NCBI RefSeq assembly: GCF_004010195.1
Contig: NC_057750.1
Span: 1,097,768 to 1,161,767, forward strand
Source of the DNA: Chiloscyllium plagiosum
Taxonomy: Eukaryota
DNA: 64,000 bases
Direction: 5' to 3'
In this document: positions 1-12,910 of the stretch, piece by piece
How the letters are laid out: every line of letters begins with the position of its first letter
Numbering within the stretch: the stretch's first letter is position 1
Notes under the pieces: model-generated
Told to the model about the DNA's origin: nothing
What the model saw: only the letters and a program-made list of their open reading frames with translations
Database searches by the model: none
Translations under genes and position numbers: made by a program

Positions 1-1270
1 GTCTGCATCCCCTGCATTTTGCTACCCCATTCTATGCATCTTAATTCTTGCCTAATCACATTATAATTGCCCTTACCCCATCGATAACTCTTGTCCTGTG
101 GCATGTACCTATCACTTTCCATCGCTAAACTAAACGAAACTGAATTATGGTCACTCTCTCCAAAGCGCTCACCTACAATTAAATCAAACACCTGTCCTGG
201 CTCATTACCAAGTACCAGATCCAATGTGGCTTCCCCTCTTGTCGACCCTTCGACATACTGTGTCAGGAAACCCTCCTGCACACACTGGACAAAAACTGAT
301 CCATCCAACGTACTAGAGTTATAGCATTTCCAGTCAATGTTGGGGAAGTTAAAGTTCCCCATAATGACCATCCTGTTCCTTTCACTCCTACACACAATCA
401 TTTTGCTGATCCTCTCCTCCACATCCCGGGAACTTTGCGGAAGTCTATAAAAAACTCCCAGCAGTGTGACCTCTCCTCCCCTTTTCTAACCTCAATGACC
501 ATCCTGTTCCTTTCACTCCTACACACAATCATTTTGCTGATCCTCTCCTCCACATCCCGGGAACTTTGCGGAAGTCTATAAAAAACTCCCAGCAGTGTGA
601 CCTCTCCTCCCCTGTTTCTAACCTCAGCCCACACTACCTCAGTAGATGAGGCCTCATCATAAGTTCTCTCAGCCACGGTTATACTATCTTTGACTAACAA
701 AGCCACATCTCCCTCTCTTCTACCGCCTTGCCTGTTCTTAATGAAAGATCTAAACCCTGGAACCTGCAACATCCATTCTTCATCCTGCTGTATCCATGTC
801 TCCGAAATGGCCACAACATCAAAGTCCCAGGTACCTATCAATGCTGCAAGCTCACTTACCTTATTCCGGATACTCCTGGCGTTGAAGTAGACACAATTCA
901 AATCAGCTTGCTGTCTGCCAGCACATTCCTGTGACCGTGAAATCCTGTCCCTGTCCTCCCTACTCTCATCCTCCTGTGCACTGGAACTACACCTCAGATT
1001 CCCATCCCCCTGTTGAGCTAATTTAAACCCACCCGAATAGCATCAGCAAATTTCCCACCCAGGATATTATACCCCTCTGGTTCAAGTGAAGACCATCCTG
1101 TTTGTACAGGTCCCACCTTCTCCAGAATGAGCCTCAATTATCCATAAACCTGAAACCCTTCCTCCTGCACCATCCCTGCAGCCATGTGTTCAGCTGATAT
1201 CTCTCCCTGTTCCCCTCCTTGGTATCACGTGGCATGGGTAACAAACCAGAGATAACAACTGGGTTTGTTT
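1..1270 (-). mobile_element. CR1-type LINE fragment: ORF1 esterase (SGNH) C-terminus and ORF2 apurinic-endonuclease N-terminus, degenerate
   Basis: Minus strand 1260-1020 reads VVISGLLPMPR..QLNTWLQGWCRRKGFRFMDN..WDLYKQDGLHLNQRG (ORF1 esterase). ORF 398-901 reads CVYFNARSIRNK..DVVAISETW..GVFYRLP (APE endonuclease). Confidence 0.85.
363..625. repeat. Tandem duplication, 131/132-bp unit x2, inside the CR1 endonuclease region
   Basis: 363-493 and 494-625 both begin aatgaccatcctgttcc and end ctaacctc. They differ by a single indel (cttttc vs ctgtttc). Confidence 0.95.
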
Positions 1271-1284
1271 TAGCTCACAGCTTC

Positions 1285-1690
1285 TGTGTTAAAATGTTGC
1301 CCGTCATATCCTTTTTAAAACTTTCTTCTCTCACCTTAAAAATATGCCAACTCTCCCACCTTAGGGAAAAAAGCCTTTGCTATTCACTTTATCTAAGCCC
1401 TGCATAATTTTATAAATCTCTCTAAGATCACCCCTCAGCCTCTTACTCTCCAGTGAAAAAAGCTCCAGGTTGTCCAGCCTCTCCTCAAACCCTCCATTCC
1501 TGGCAACGTCCTGGTAAACCTTTTCTGAGTCCTCTCCAATGTAATAAAATGCTTTCTATAGCAGAGTGACCAGAACTACACACAGTATTCCAGAAGCCTC
1601 AACAACACCCTATACAACTTCAACATGTCGTCCTAACTCCAATACTCAAAGGCCTGAGCAATGAAGGACTGCATGCTAAACACACCCTTG
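1285..1690 (-). mobile_element. CR1-type LINE 3' ORF2 fragment
   Basis: Similar to the other CR1 3' pieces (..tataaatctctctaagatcacccctcagcc..tattcca..). Confidence 0.7.
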
Positions 1691-2144
1691 GTCGCACGAT
1701 AATTCTGCTCTCTCCACAGATGCTGCCAGACCTGCCGTATTCTTCCAATAACTTCTGTTTTTGTTTCTGATTTCCAGCGTCTGCAGTTCTTTGGTTTTTT
1801 GGTAAGTCTTTAAGGAATGTCTCTGCTCAGCTCACAAAGGTGAAGGGAGAGTTACAAGAGAAACTTGCAGGACGAACTATAAACTCTGTACCAGGAAAGC
1901 AAGGAAAAGATTGTTAATTTGCAGCAAAATCTGGAGCGAGTCACATGTAGATCAGATCAGTCTCAGCATGAGCAGCTATTGATACATCAGCTAAATCAAT
2001 GCTGGAAAAAATGACAGAGCTGCAAAACATCACCTTACACAACACAGCTTACACAATGAGGAGCTGCAAACCACTTACAAGGCTGTGCTTGTGGAAGCGA
2101 ATGTTTCAGTAATGAAGATGTAATGAAAGAACTGGAAGCAACAT

Positions 2145-2472
2145 GATGATTAGGGGTTTAGATAGGGTCGACAGTGAGAATCTTTTTCCACGTATGGAGT
2201 CAGCTATTACAAGGGGGCATAGCTTTAAATTAAGGGGTGGTAGGTATAGGACAGATGTTAGGGGTAGGTTCTTTACTCAGCGAGTCGTGAGTTCATAGAA
2301 TGCCCTGCCAGTAGCAGTGGTGGACTCTCCCTCATTATGGGCATTTAAGCGGACATTGGATAGGCATATGGAGGATAGTGGGCTAGTGTAGGATAGGTGG
2401 GCTTGGATCGGCGCAACACGAGGGCCGAAGGGCCTGTACTGCGCTGTATTCTTCTAAGTTCTAAGTTCTAAC
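2145..2472 (+). mobile_element. CR1-type LINE 3' end with (ttctaag)n tail
   Basis: Encodes ..RGHSFKLRGGRYRTDVRGRFFTQRVVSS*NALP.. followed by gggccgaagggcctgt and a short tandem tail. Confidence 0.8.
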
Positions 2473-2579
2473 ATATACAGGAAACCAAACAACCACTGAA
2501 GAGGGAAGGGGAAGAAGTTCAGGGTTCCAAGAAAACAAAAAGAAAGAAATTAGCTTAAGAGTAATTAGCGTAGATTGTT

Positions 2580-2850
2580 ACATAGAATCCCTACAGTGTG
2601 GAAGCAAGCCATTCAGTGCATCAACCCTCCAAAGAGCATCCCACCCCTATCCCTGAATTTCCACCTAGCCCACACATCCCTGGCCAGTTTAGCATGGCCA
2701 CTCCATCTAACTTGCACATCTTTGGACTGCAGGAGGTAACCCACACAGACATGAGGAGAATGTGTAAACTTCACACAGGCAGTCACCCAAGGGTGGAATT
2801 GAACCAGAGTCCACAACAATGTGAGATAGCAGTGTGAACCATTTAGCCAT
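2580..2850 (-). mobile_element. HE1-type (V-SINE) tRNA-derived SINE, decayed
   Basis: tttagcatggcc..cacatctttggactg..acccacacagacatgaggagaatgtgtaaact, the same core as the full copies at 21080 and 38818. Confidence 0.8.
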
Positions 2851-4137
2851 CCTTGAGGAGGAGATGCTTAGCTGGTCTGGCAACATCAATGGAGAGAGAA
2901 ATAGAGATAATGTTTCATTGAGAACTGGAGTGTTCGAACATTCAAAGAGTACCTTAAAGAAATAAGCCAGAAATGGGAAGTGCCCACCAAAACGCATTCT
3001 GATTTTCTCATTGCGTCACTTCAACATGATGGTAACTCAATGGGAACAGCATTCATCATGGTCTCTTTCCTAATGTTTGAAATCTATTGCTTGTGGTTAT
3101 AGAGACGACTATGAACATTGAATTACAGATGTACCATTGGATGAGATAGCAGATGGGAGAGGTCAATAAGGTAATTGGTCTTTTCTTGTTCCATTTCAAT
3201 TAGTAAATTTTTAGTTCAGTTTCTTGTTCCCTGTTCAAACTCCAATTAGTCTTGATTGCCGAACAAAGAGTTCCTATTGCAGCTTTGTTTTCCTTTGCCA
3301 GTTGAATTTAAGTCTGAAAGTGCAGTTGTGCCTGCTTGCCATTGTTGGCAAGTGTTCTGAGCTACAGAACCATATACTGTGGCGGTTATACACGGGCAGT
3401 CTTGTACTGTCTACTGAGAAAGAGATTCACTCCGTGCCCTGAGTGGATTGAAATTGTAAATGGATATACAATTCTGCTACATGTGGCAGGCAGGAAGACT
3501 CATCGAGTGTAAATGGCACGGCTGATAGATCACAGCCCTGTGCATTTGGTAGAAAACATGACAGATGTTTGAAAAGCTGATTAGAAGACTGAGCTTTTAC
3601 ACAACACCAGCATGAATTCTCTGAAATTGGACTGTCCAAATATTAGTGTGTGAATATGCAGTGCATTTATATCAAGCATCTGCTGTTTTAACAAAGACAT
3701 TCAAATCTTTTATTTTAAGAGTGTTAGTTCCACCATTACAATGGAATTCCATCCTCATTTGTTAAGAGCTTGTACATAAATGTCGGAGAAACCCAATTTC
3801 ATGGCCAGCATATGGAATTATTCAATCACATATTGCCTAGTATTAATAAATCCTGTTAAATAGCACATTGTTATGGGATCTTCCTGTTCACAAATAGCCA
3901 GCCATAGGTAGACAACAATATGAAAGTAACCACACTTCAGATTCACCTTTTTATTCATTCACAGGACGTGGGCATTGCTGGCTGGGCCAGTATTTATTAC
4001 CCGTCCCTAGTTGCCCCCTTGAGAAGGTGGGGGTGAGCTGCCTTCTTGAACCGCTGCAGTCCAGGTGCTGTGGGTTGGCCCACAATGCCCCTAGGGAGGG
4101 AATTCCAGGATTCTGACAGTGATGGAACGGTGATATA

Positions 4138-4867
4138 CAGAGGAACCTCGATTATCCGAATATCAATTATCCAAATATCAGATTATCCGAAGGGGATCTC
4201 GAGGTCCCGATAGAAACATTACATCAAAGGCGTGTTTCCAACAGTGATCGCGTCTTTTGTTGACAGTGATTATACAGGCACCGTCTCCAAATGACTGACC
4301 TCCTGCCCTCTCTCTCTCCCCACACTTTCCCTGGAGTTCTACACAGGGGTGTACCAAACACCACCCCCCTTCCCCAGATAATCTCGCCAACATTGTCCTG
4401 TACAGGGTAAAGGTGGAATCTGTCAAAGACGTTGCAGTAAAAAGTTGTGTGTGTCTGTGTGTGTTTGTGTGTATGTTTGTGTGTGTGTGTGTGTGTTTGT
4501 GTGTATGTTTGTGTGTATCTGTGTATGTTTGTATGTGTGTGTATGCATGGGGGGGCTGTGTGTGGTATTTGGAGACTTCCCCCCCAGTAGTAGCAGTCTT
4601 GTGGTTGATGTCCAGTCCAGCTGCCCCGGAAAGGGGGCAGGGACGGGTGGGTGGGGAGAGAGTGCACGGGGCAGGCGGGGGTGGTGTTGAACAGGGGGAA
4701 GGGGGTGGGCTCGCGCATGGTGTGCTGATGCCTCATCTCCTGAAAGAGGAGCAGACTTTTAAAACTCCGAGCCCCAGAGGAAAGGCATTTAATCGATTAA
4801 CCAAATAATCAATTATCTGAACAAAGTAGTGCCCGCCCATCTCGTTCGGATAATCGAGGTTCCTCTG
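4138..4867. mobile_element. Non-autonomous Tc1/mariner-superfamily (pogo/Tigger-like) DNA transposon (MITE)
   Basis: Perfect 23-bp TIRs CAGAGGAACCTCGATTATCCGAA (4138-4160 and 4845-4867), TA on both sides (4136-4137, 4868-4869), subterminal ATTATC repeats, internal (TG)n. Confidence 0.92.
4446..4545. repeat. Imperfect (TG)n microsatellite
   Basis: Direct reading. Confidence 0.95.
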
Positions 4868-6514
4868 TATTTCCAAGTCAGGATGGTGAAGGCCTTGGAG
4901 GGGAACTTGCAGGGGGTGGTGTTCCCATGTATCTGCTGCCCCTTGTCCATTTAGATGGAAGTGGTCGTGGGTTTGGAAGGTGCTGCCTGAGGATCTTTGG
5001 TGAGTTTCTGCAGGGCATCTTGTCAATGGTACACACTGCTGCTACTGAGCGATGGTGGTGGAGGGAGTGGGTGTTTGTGGATGTGGTGCCAATCAAGTGG
5101 GGGCTGCTTTGTCTTGGATGGTGTCAAGCTTCTTGAGTGTTGTTGGAGCTGCCCCCATCCAGGGCAAGTGGGGAGTATTCCATCACACTCCTAACTTGTG
5201 CCTTGCAGACATGCAAAACCAAAACACCTTATCAATTGTCAGGCATTTAGGGACATCATAAGGTCAGGGAAGGTGCTACACAAATACAAGTCTATCTTTC
5301 CCTTCAATGTGTTATTTTCACGGCAGTATCTCAGGAGAAACGGTAAATTCCAACATTGCTCAAGTTACTCCTTTTTGGACTTGGTTGTTCAAGTTGAGAA
5401 TTTGGCCACATTGGAGGTGGTTAAAGCAACTCTGTGTGAACCTGTAACTTTCTGTCGTTAAATAAGGCAAAACAGTCAGACCAACTGAATGTCTGTGATC
5501 ACTGAGAACTGCAGCTTCAGAATGCCCTCAGTGATCGCTGACAGAGCTCATGTGTGAAGTGTCAGTACAGCTGGGATAACTAGCCCGAGTTTCACATAGT
5601 GAGCTGACAAATTACCAACACACCCACAGCAGGAGTAAACTGATACAATTTACACATCCCTGCCAGAAAACACTGAGCAGAACTGAATTGAGGGGTCGAG
5701 GAAGTTACAGAGCATTAAACAGAAATTAACCATGACATTTACACATTGATGTTGACATATGATTGATTATTGAAAACAAAGAAAGACAAAGTTGCATTTC
5801 TTTAGATCTGCAATTTCAGGATGCTCCACAGAAGTTTACGATCAATAAAATGTTCTTTCTTTACGGGAAAATTGAAATAGGATTGTAATTTCTTGAGTCT
5901 CTGTAATGAATGGTATCAGAAAACAGGATGAGGTGTGGGTTGTGATATAATTATAACTGTTTTCTATGTATAATTAGCTTTCTTAAGAAAAATCTTCTTT
6001 TGTGTAATAAACCTATGTTCTAACTTTAAAGAAAATCTTCCGCCTCATGTGATTGTTTAGGTGACACACGACAACATTAACAAATTGTGAAAATTACACA
6101 CACCATCTATTTCATTCTGGGATCTTCCGTATCCAGTACTATAATTAGCTGACCTCGTCAAACCACATAATCCCTTTCTCTGGGATTTTTTTGAGGAAGA
6201 AATATTAGTTTAGCAAATGGAAGAATACTGCTAGCTTCAGAGCTTCGATTTAAAATCTCACACAACAGGTGAAGTTTCCCCTCTGTAATGTCAATCTAGA
6301 AAATTGGTTTAAATCCCAGTCCTGAAACCAAACCCCATGGCATTCCTGGCTCACAGGTTTGCGTGTCTGCTGACATGGCTCAATAGTCTATAACAAATCA
6401 CGCACATAAAAGAATCTTCAAAGTGTTTGGAACTCAAGAAATTGAACCAATTCCTGCCCAGTCGCCCCCCACAAACACCTGATAAATTCTGTTGTGATTC
6501 CTCGATCAATTTAA

Positions 6515-7125
6515 AGTTATAGAGTTGTTTAACACAGGAAAAAACCCTTTGGTCCAACCCATCCATGCCGACCAGAAATCCTAAATTAATCTAGTCCCAT
6601 CTGCCAGCACATGACCCATATCTCTCTTAACCCTTCCTATTCATATTCTCATCCTGTTAAATGTTGTAATTGTACCAGCCTCCACCACTTCCTCTGGCAG
6701 CTCATTCCACACACACACCACCCTCTGTGTGAAAAAGTTACCCCTCAGGTCCCTTTTAAATCTTCCCCCTCCCACCTTAAATCTGTACCCTTGAGTTTTG
6801 GACTCCCCCATTCTGAGAAAAAGACCTTGTCTGTTTATCCTATCCATGCCCTTCTTGATATTATAGACCTCTATAAGATCACCCCTCAACCTCTGATGCT
6901 CCAGGGAAAATAACCCCAGCCTATTCAGCCTCTCCTTAAACCCTCCAGACCCAGGAACATCCTGTAAACCTTTTCTGAACCCTTTCAAGTTTTGACAACA
7001 TCTTTCCTACAGCAGGGAGACCTGAGTTGAAAACAGTATTCCAAAAGTGGCCTCACCAATGTCCCTGTACAGCCACAACGTGATGTCCCAACCCCTGTAC
7101 TCAATGCACTGACCAATAAAGGCAG
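6515..7125 (-). mobile_element. CR1/HER1-type LINE 3' end
   Basis: ORF 6641-6988: RLNRLGLFSLEHQRLRGDLIEVYNI..FFTQRVVCVWNELPEEVVEAG. Confidence 0.9.
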
Positions 7126-9569
7126 GGCTGGATAGAGCCTGTTTTCAATATTTAGCCCGAATGCTTTAAAATGAATCCTTTGTTATTTCTCATCTCATGC
7201 AGGTCTGGAATGAATGACTCAATGTGACAGTCAGGAGGTTTATAGACTGCACTGTACAGAAACTCTAGATGAAACTCAGAATCTTTTGGCCAACTAACTA
7301 AGAATTTATTACACTGTGGAGAGTTCCTGAATGTACCAACCCTTATAAATGTGCCCATTTATTGTAAATTTATGTTTTAGAAATGAGTTTTATATGTTAA
7401 TATAAGAATGCTAGTTAATAATGTGACTCAAGTGGCTGTTAAATTATTCGACAAGAAGTGGGAAAGGTAATAAGCGATTATATGGCCAAAGATATGTTCC
7501 ATCACTACTTGATATTAACGGTTGCTCAACACTTCACTGGGTTTCTCCTGCTTTAACTTTTTCTTCATGATCTCTCCTTTCCTCTCCTAAAGATGTTTAT
7601 TTTTGCTATTATTTCAGTGGAAAACCCTTTTGTGCATGCACGCAGACCCAGAATTCAGCAGAATTCAATGTTTAGGCTCCTTGTAGCTGGACATTCAACA
7701 CTGCATGGAATCACAGCAGATACCATCCAACACCTGGTCTTCTACACTTCCCACCAGTGGTTATTGGATAATGAACCAGAAGGGAACTCTATGTGGATTT
7801 TCTCTCCCAAACCCAAAGATGTGATAACTCATTGTATGGTGATTCCTCACTGGATTCATCAGTGATACTTCACTCCAAACCAGGGATCGACCCTGGAACC
7901 CTGTTTCTCACGATAGCTCATCAGGAAGGAGAGTCAATCACAAGTCTTTGAAGAACTCAGATAATATTTACCAATGTTGCCCCCAGTTCTCAATCTTATG
8001 TTTTAACCTCTTTGTGGCCTCAAAAGTCTCTAACCATAGAACAAAGAGAACAAAGAATAATACAGCACAGGAACAGGCCCTTCGGCCCTCCAAGCCTGTG
8101 CTGACATTTTGCTCTTCCATACTAAAACTGTCTTCACTTACAGGATCCATATCCCTCTCTTCATCCAATTTTGGGCCTTGGGACTTTAATTTAGCAATAA
8201 ACATGTGATAGAATTGCAAGTTGTTGGTTGGCCCTTTTTATTAAAAGTTCAGCTCCCTGCCCCAATGTAGTTATTACTTCAAGGTCAATCTGAGAGGGGG
8301 AGCTGCCTGACTCAGTTTATTCTCTGACAGTCTGTCGGCGCTGTGGTTGCAGTGTTGGCTTAACGTCAGCCTCTTCATAATGACCTGAGGTTCCGTTCTA
8401 ACGAGGACCTCTTTCTAAATTCAACTTCCCCCACACTGCAATGCCAACTCCTCCATTATAGAAGTAACAGTAACAGACAGCCACTGAAGACTACCAAATA
8501 TAGCTGGCTGTTCCATACTGACTGTGACACACTCGGCTAAACGACAGTCTGTAACCCCACTCTCAGGCATCTATTTATCACGATATGACTGCGACAACGA
8601 GCCATCTGGTGTGTGCAAATCAGGGGATGAAATGCTCTTCACTGGTGTTCAATTACTATTAATTACTTCTGTATGTGTGTAATATGCTCTCAAATTTAAT
8701 ATGCTTGAAATTCATGAGATAAATTTATACACACCAAACTTTAAAGAAATTAATAATGCAAACACTAATTAATAATTAAAAGGAGTTAAGAAAGAAATTA
8801 TATTCGCCAAAGCAATGAGCATCTTTACTCAGAATTCCCTTCAGGGCAACATTAGCATTTTCAATGTTAAGGATACAGAACAACTGCAGGCTGAAATTTG
8901 AGATATCTACAAGGCAGCCACTGTCACCAATAAATGGTCTTTTCAGTAAAATGGGTTGTTGCTAATGTAGAAGATATTGTCTGGATCTGCTTTGCTGCTG
9001 ACTTGCTTGTTTTAACACACTAGTTATAAAATGATTGCACCAATTAGCACAGGAACATTTAGTTCTGAATATCTTCGCTGACTGAGCTTTATCTCTTTAA
9101 CATCCTCCCGAACCTTCACTCTGATCTCTACTCCTATTCTCAGTCTCAACCAAGCTGCAGGGGCAGAGGTACACAGGAGCTAATAAAAAGAGGGTGAAAG
9201 GGTGAGATTATGCTGGGAAAGGGACTGGGAACAAGAGCAGAGGTTGCAATTCATGGCAAGGAGGTAGGCAGGATTACAGGAGAAAACGGGAGAATGCTGA
9301 TCCGATCAGGGTTACAGTTCTGATGCTTATTTGGATAATCATGAGAATTCTGTAAAATTGTTTACAAGCTAAATTCCCCACACACAAATGCCAGACATGA
9401 GTAAAACCACTGGGCCTTTATTTCAGTTATGTTTATTTTTCTTTCTGAATTATCTCTTTGCAACTTGTGCTATGCCAACCAGGGTGAAACTGAACCACAA
9501 ATTCCAAATTGACAACTTGTCAGTGGATGTTTAACATTTCTGTAGAATTCAGGGACCACACTACCAAAT

Positions 9570-10080
9570 GCTTTGGAGAGGATACAGAAAAGGTTTACCA
9601 AGATGTTGCCTGATATGGGAGATTTTAGCGATGAGGAAAGGTTGGATAGACTGTGTTTGCTTTCACCGGAATGCAGGAGGTTGAGGGGCGACCTGATAGT
9701 GTTTGTGAAATTGTGAATGGCATAGACAGAGTGGAAAGCATGAGGCGTTTTCATGGGGTGGAGGGGTCAATTATTAGGGGACACAAGTTCAAGGTGCAAG
9801 GAGGGGGATGTTTAAAAAAGATGTATAAGACAACTTTTCATACAAAGGGTGGTGAGTGCCTGGAATGCGCGGCCAGAGGAGGTGGTGGAAGCAGACACAA
9901 TAGCAGCATTGAAGAAGCACCTGGACAAATACATGAATAAGAAGGGAATAGAGGCATACAGATCCTGTAAGTGAAGAAAGTTTTAGTATGAAAGGGCAAA
10001 ATGTGTCGGCACAGGCTTGGAGGGCCGAACAGCCTGTGTTCCTGGGCTGTATTGGTCTTTGGTTTTTTTTTGTTCTATGG
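9570..10080 (+). mobile_element. CR1-type LINE 3' end
   Basis: ..ALERIQKRFTKMLP..RLRGDLI..RGHKFKV..; 3' tail ggcttggagggccgaa. Confidence 0.85.
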
Positions 10081-10379
10081 TCAGCACCTCAAGTAAAATC
10101 TGAGGTTAAATTGTTTAGTTGGGTTTTCTTTCGCTGTATAAGAACAAGGGTAATACTTCCCTCAATCAGCACTCTGTCGCTAGAGGAGCAGGAACTGCAG
10201 AGAATTAAAATTTGGGAAGTTTCCCTACATCCAGTGGGCCATGAGTGGAATATCTCTTCCAATTAATTTTCTTTCCATCCATTTCTCTGACAAAGAGTTT
10301 GCTGAGAAAATTGTTCAGCTTTTAGTAAAAATCACAACCAAACTCAGAATCATACAAAAAGGTAAACTCAATGATGGCA

Positions 10380-11100
10380 CAGGTTTTTAATATAAAAACA
10401 TGTTCATCAACAGCATCTTTAAAAAAATCATGGGTGGTACAACTCTACTAGATATAAATGTAGAATACAGATACATATATCCATATAAATATCTGTATTT
10501 TTATATAAAGACAGATATATAGATATATAGTACATTACACTTGCACAGAAATTTATCCAGGCCAGCCAGATACAACAAATATCAAACATGAAATAATTTT
10601 GAATTTGAAAGCAGTCCAACATATATCAATCATCCCCCCATCTTTCTATGAATTTCTGCTTATATACGTCTTATTTTCTGGTTTCATTAAACATCAAAGC
10701 CGTGTCTTAGTCGAAATGAGAGTGATAATGACGATAGGTTCTCCAATGGCAGATCCTGTCTAGTGTGACGTGAAGTCCTCCAAATGCACCCATTATTGAA
10801 CGCAAATCCCTCTGGATTGCAAAGTGTTGCAACACTGACGGGAGAGACAAAAGAAAACAACAAGCAACTCCTTCTGTGAACACAGCGATGGTCCTGTCCT
10901 TGGGCACAGACATTGGCAGCAATGAACCTTTCCATTCCCAGGTCCCCGTGTTGTGGTAGACTAAGGCACCGCTGCAGATGCATAGCGACACATCTGAGGT
11001 TTCCTGCCTGATCTCTCCTTTTGAAAGGTTTACCTCCAAGCTAATGATAGCCCTGCATTAATGAAGGTCTGTTGTTGCAGTCCTGTGAGTGACGTTGAGC
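10380..11100 (-). other. Probable 3' UTR of the LRFN1-like gene
   Basis: Repeat-free sequence directly after the TGA at 11101. It becomes AU-rich (TATA/TGTA runs at 10440-10540) and has a candidate ATTAAA poly(A) signal at 10391-10386. The true 3' end is not determinable. Confidence 0.55.
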
Positions 11101-11125
11101 TCACACTGTGCTTTCCAACATCCAT
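11101..11125 (-). CDS. LRFN1: 3' end of the last coding exon of the LRFN1-like gene (..WMLESTV-stop; class I PDZ-binding motif)
   Basis: Reverse complement of 11101-11124 reads TGG ATG TTG GAA AGC ACA GTG TGA = W M L E S T V stop. This is the ESTV C-terminus of PDZ-binding SALMs, on the same strand as and downstream of the large exon, abutting the 11126-11625 gap. It is missed by the ORF track. Confidence 0.85.
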
Positions 11126-11625
11126 NNNNNNNNNNNNNNNNNNNNNNNNNNNNNNNNNNNNNNNNNNNNNNNNNNNNNNNNNNNNNNNNNNNNNNNNNNN
11201 NNNNNNNNNNNNNNNNNNNNNNNNNNNNNNNNNNNNNNNNNNNNNNNNNNNNNNNNNNNNNNNNNNNNNNNNNNNNNNNNNNNNNNNNNNNNNNNNNNNN
11301 NNNNNNNNNNNNNNNNNNNNNNNNNNNNNNNNNNNNNNNNNNNNNNNNNNNNNNNNNNNNNNNNNNNNNNNNNNNNNNNNNNNNNNNNNNNNNNNNNNNN
11401 NNNNNNNNNNNNNNNNNNNNNNNNNNNNNNNNNNNNNNNNNNNNNNNNNNNNNNNNNNNNNNNNNNNNNNNNNNNNNNNNNNNNNNNNNNNNNNNNNNNN
11501 NNNNNNNNNNNNNNNNNNNNNNNNNNNNNNNNNNNNNNNNNNNNNNNNNNNNNNNNNNNNNNNNNNNNNNNNNNNNNNNNNNNNNNNNNNNNNNNNNNNN
11601 NNNNNNNNNNNNNNNNNNNNNNNNN
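11126..11625. other. Assembly gap (500 N)
   Basis: Run of N. Confidence 1.
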
Positions 11626-12579
11626 TCAAGTGCATGGCCCATACTCTTTGCATTGTGCAATCATTGCACATGGAATCAAAAAATTCCTACAGCGTAGAAA
11701 GAGGACATTCAGTCCACCAAGTCTGCATTGATCCACCAAAGACAATCCCACCCCATCCCCATAACCTTGCATGCGGTTTTTACCATAGCTAACCCAAATA
11801 ACCCGCACATCCCTGGACACTACTGGTTAATTTAACATGGCCAATCCACCTAACCTTTGCCATCTCACCATTGGAGCTCTGTACACGGTATTTTTCAGTT
11901 TCCCTCAAAGTTTGAGGTGATTCCTGCGGTTTTTTCCCCTGAACAGGCTGCTGGGCAGTTTAACCTGAAGCAGTGTCAGAGAATTCTAGCCAGTAATCTC
12001 TTGCTGTATTCGCTTCATTATTGGAATGATCTGACTGTAAAATATCTGAAGATAGATGCCTGATTTGGGTCTTCACTCCACCCTTCATATTTTCTTCGCC
12101 CTCCTTTGTACTTCAGCCTATTAACATCCTCAGTGAATACGTGACAGATACAACAGCTTCAAATTGCAAAGTACCAACATGTCATCCATCTCCCTAAACC
12201 CCCAGAGCTTATGTATATTGTCTTGTTATTGAAGACCAGTCTGATTGATGTGTTCGAACAATGTGTAGCAGTAGTTGGTCCTTTTGAGCTAATTGATAAT
12301 GTGACACTAATTCCTAGTGTCATGGGAAGATGAAGACACCAGCAGCAGCTCAGCATTTTTCCCTGATTGTGAAAAAGTGGTTTTCCAATATCACCTCACA
12401 ATATTCCCTTGCATTCAATCACTCCTCAGATCTAACACAAATGTGTCAGTCAATAAAACCATATGGATCACAGATGTTAATGGTAAACATTGTTGCCAAA
12501 ACAAAATGGCTGCCTGGACGTTGGTCAGTTTTATAGATTAATTGGAAAATCACATCACCTGTCTGAATCTGTGAAACAA

Positions 12580-12910
12580 TCATAGAATCCCTACAGTGTG
12601 GAAACAGATCAGTCAGTCCAAAGAACATCCTGCCTAAACTCATCCCCGTACCCTATCCCTGTAACCCTGCACTCCCCATGGCCAATCCATGTAACCTACA
12701 CATCCCCAGATACTATGGGCAATTTAGCATGGCCAATCCACCCTAACCTACACACCTTTGGACTCTGGGAAGAAACCAGAGCACACAAAGGAAACCCATG
12801 CAGACAGGGAGAGAATGTGTAAACTCCACACAGACAGTCATCCGAGTGTGGAATCGAACCTGGGTCACTGGTGCAGTGAGGCAGCAGTGCTAACTACTGA
12901 GCCATCATGC
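12580..12910 (-). mobile_element. HE1-type SINE, near full length
   Basis: V-SINE core plus tRNA-like head (ggaatcgaacc..gcagcagtgctaactactgagcca on plus). Confidence 0.85.

Larger units (their letters stand above)
3945..5210 (-). mobile_element. 3' end of an L2/jockey-group non-LTR retrotransposon, interrupted by a MITE
   Basis: Minus strand encodes ..STNTHSLHHHRSVAAVCTI..; 3' tail reads ..atgaataaaaa. Homologous to 44610-45830 and 48500-49310. Confidence 0.75.

Noticed and set aside
10687..11039. Minus-strand ORFs of 98 and 110 aa as a possible last exon
   Set aside because: They lie downstream of the ESTV stop in the presumed 3' UTR and show no LRFN similarity.
11654..11670. Small palindrome tgtgcaat-c-attgcaca beside the gap
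   Set aside because: An 8-bp arm palindrome is expected by chance in 64 kb, and there is no supporting context.
11030..11792. 200-243 aa ORFs
   Set aside because: Artefacts of translating through the N gap.
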